From NCBI GenBank assembly GCA_964234715.1, contig OZ174286.1: 64,000 nucleotides of DNA. One strand, written 5' to 3'. Below are positions 62,595-64,000 of this stretch, piece by piece; within the stretch, counting starts at the first letter, position 1, and every line of letters starts with the position of its first letter. The position numbers and the translations under genes are program-made. This stretch comes from Podarcis melisellensis (Eukaryota). The notes beneath the pieces were generated by a model that was given only the letters and a program-made list of their open reading frames with translations, was not told where the DNA came from and did no database searches.

Positions 62595-63295
62595 CAGGGG
62601 TTGTCAAGAGCTCGTCCTACACTCGAGTAGGACCCTGGCAGAGACACATGCCCAACTGGCATGTTCTCTCCCTCCTGGTAAATCGTTCGGGAGCTTCAAA
62701 AGCTTTCTTCTGCCCAAACATCACAGTGACCGATGCCAACAGACACAGGCACACTTAGGGATCTGCAGAGTCTTCGCATCATGCGTACCAGACCTCAGTA
62801 ACTCAGCATTTTGGCTAATCTACTTTATTTACATATAAACACACATGGAGCACTGCAACATGGCTCCCTCTCTCTCTAGCATCAGACAGCAAAGAGAAAG
62901 AACAAAGGACAATAGTCCCACTTCACGGAACACAGCAACACAAACATCCTGTCTCCGTCACTTCCCACTCTGTGGAATGAAAACATACACCATCATGTGA
63001 TAGACAACAATCCCATGACTGCAATCATGGAGCAGGAATTCTAACAGGGCTCAGCAATTTTTTTCAGCAGGGGGCCGGTCCACTGTCCCTCAGACCTTGT
63101 GGGGGGCCGGACTATATTTTGTTTTGGTGGGGGGGGGGAATGAACGAATTCCTATGCCTCACAAATAACCCAGAGATGCATTTTAAATAAAAGGACACAT
63201 TCTACTCATGTAAAAACATGCTGACCATGTGTGGGCCGGATTGAGAAGGCGATTGGGCCGGATCTGGCCCTCGGGCCTTAGTTTGCCTACCCATG
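62595..63295. mobile_element. hAT-type MITE interrupted by the LTR
   Basis: Rejoined left end CAGGGGTCAGCAA..., right end ...GTTTGCCTACCCATG, with internal GGGCCG repeats. Confidence 0.72.
62602..63046 (-). mobile_element. Probable solo LTR (445 bp)
   Basis: TGT...ACA termini; 5-bp near-TSD GGGGT/GGGCT; minus-strand AATAAA at 62824-62829; splits the TIR of a hAT MITE. Confidence 0.6.
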
Positions 63296-63442
63296 TCCAA
63301 GAGCAAAACAGGTCCTCCTGTGAAGCTTAAATACCCCAAGGAAGTGACACAGCAGCAAAGGGGAAAAGGTTGAGGAGGGAAAAGGAAAAAGAAGCAAACA
63401 TGAAGTTCTTCATGTTACGAGGTTCTCATGATGACCAGAGAG

Positions 63443-63733
63443 CAGTGTCGGATTTATGTATAAGCTAAACAAGCTATAGCTCAGGGCCCCCACTCTCTTG
63501 GGGGCCCCCAAAAAAATTAAAGAAAAAAACTACTGGATGTACATTTCAAAAATATAAGATAAAAAACAAAAAAAAATGGCTCTAGAAACCTATTAGGTCC
63601 ATAAATTAGCATATAGCATATATTCAACACAAAAAACAGTGACAATTTGTTGTTGACAAAGGACAGCTGGACATATAAAGGGCCCCATTACCTTCAGTAG
63701 CTTAGGGCCTCATCAAATCTAAATCCGGCCCTT
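63443..63733. mobile_element. Non-autonomous DNA element (same family as 28094-29109)
   Basis: CAGTGTCGGATTTA...TAAATCCGGCCCT ends; shared internal sequence. Confidence 0.75.
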
Positions 63734-63866
63734 CCAGCATCTTAAAAGCATGGCTTTAGGAATATATTCCAAACAGCACACTCTTTCCCGACCCAAATGT
63801 GGTCAGTCAAGCCCAGTTTGCAGCTTTTAAACCCAGAGCAATCGAAAAGCCAAGCCCACAACTCAC

Positions 63867-63944
63867 TTTGCCGACAAAAGTCAAGTCTCTGGTGAAGTTT
63901 CCCACAAAGATTGAGTCGTCTTCCAGGAGGAGTGTCCCAGGTCC
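63867..63944 (-). CDS. ALS2CL: ALS2CL internal exon (MORN-repeat region); gene continues beyond window end
   Basis: GPGTLLLEDDSIFVGNFTRDLTFVGK; acceptor ctgcag, donor gtgagt. Confidence 0.9.
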
Positions 63945-64000
63945 CTGCAGATCGTAGGAGAGAAGGGGAGGTAAATTAGCAAAATATGCCTCCTAACCAT

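Overview
Vertebrate genomic DNA from a squamate reptile. Sauria SINEs, BovB, CR1 and L2 point to a lizard; a lacertid is my guess, not something shown. Three intron-containing genes were reconstructed by hand with GT-AG sites and consistent phases. SNAP47 (minus strand) is complete: 4 coding exons, 18675 to 4786, 421 aa. JMJD4 (plus strand) is complete: 6 coding exons, 32698 to 37858, 427 aa; it sits head-to-head with SNAP47 across a CpG island at about 29.3-30.1 kb. ALS2CL (minus strand) contributes its last 12 coding exons, 63944 to 43057, and its 5' part lies beyond the window. The rest is intronic or intergenic DNA with many transposable elements: Sauria and other tRNA SINEs, BovB/RTE, L2, CR1, L1-like, Rex1/Babar, Tc1/mariner-type and hAT-type MITEs, and a probable solo LTR. 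These are densest and often nested in the ALS2CL introns. I see no new protein-coding system. The most unusual signals are two apparent DNA-level SINE events. First, a 240-bp SINE flank (681-920) is copied in inverted orientation 61 kb away (62353-62592) onto a different SINE copy. Second, a circularly permuted Sauria SINE (56255-56614) is bounded by a 10-bp direct repeat, as expected if a SINE circle integrated there.
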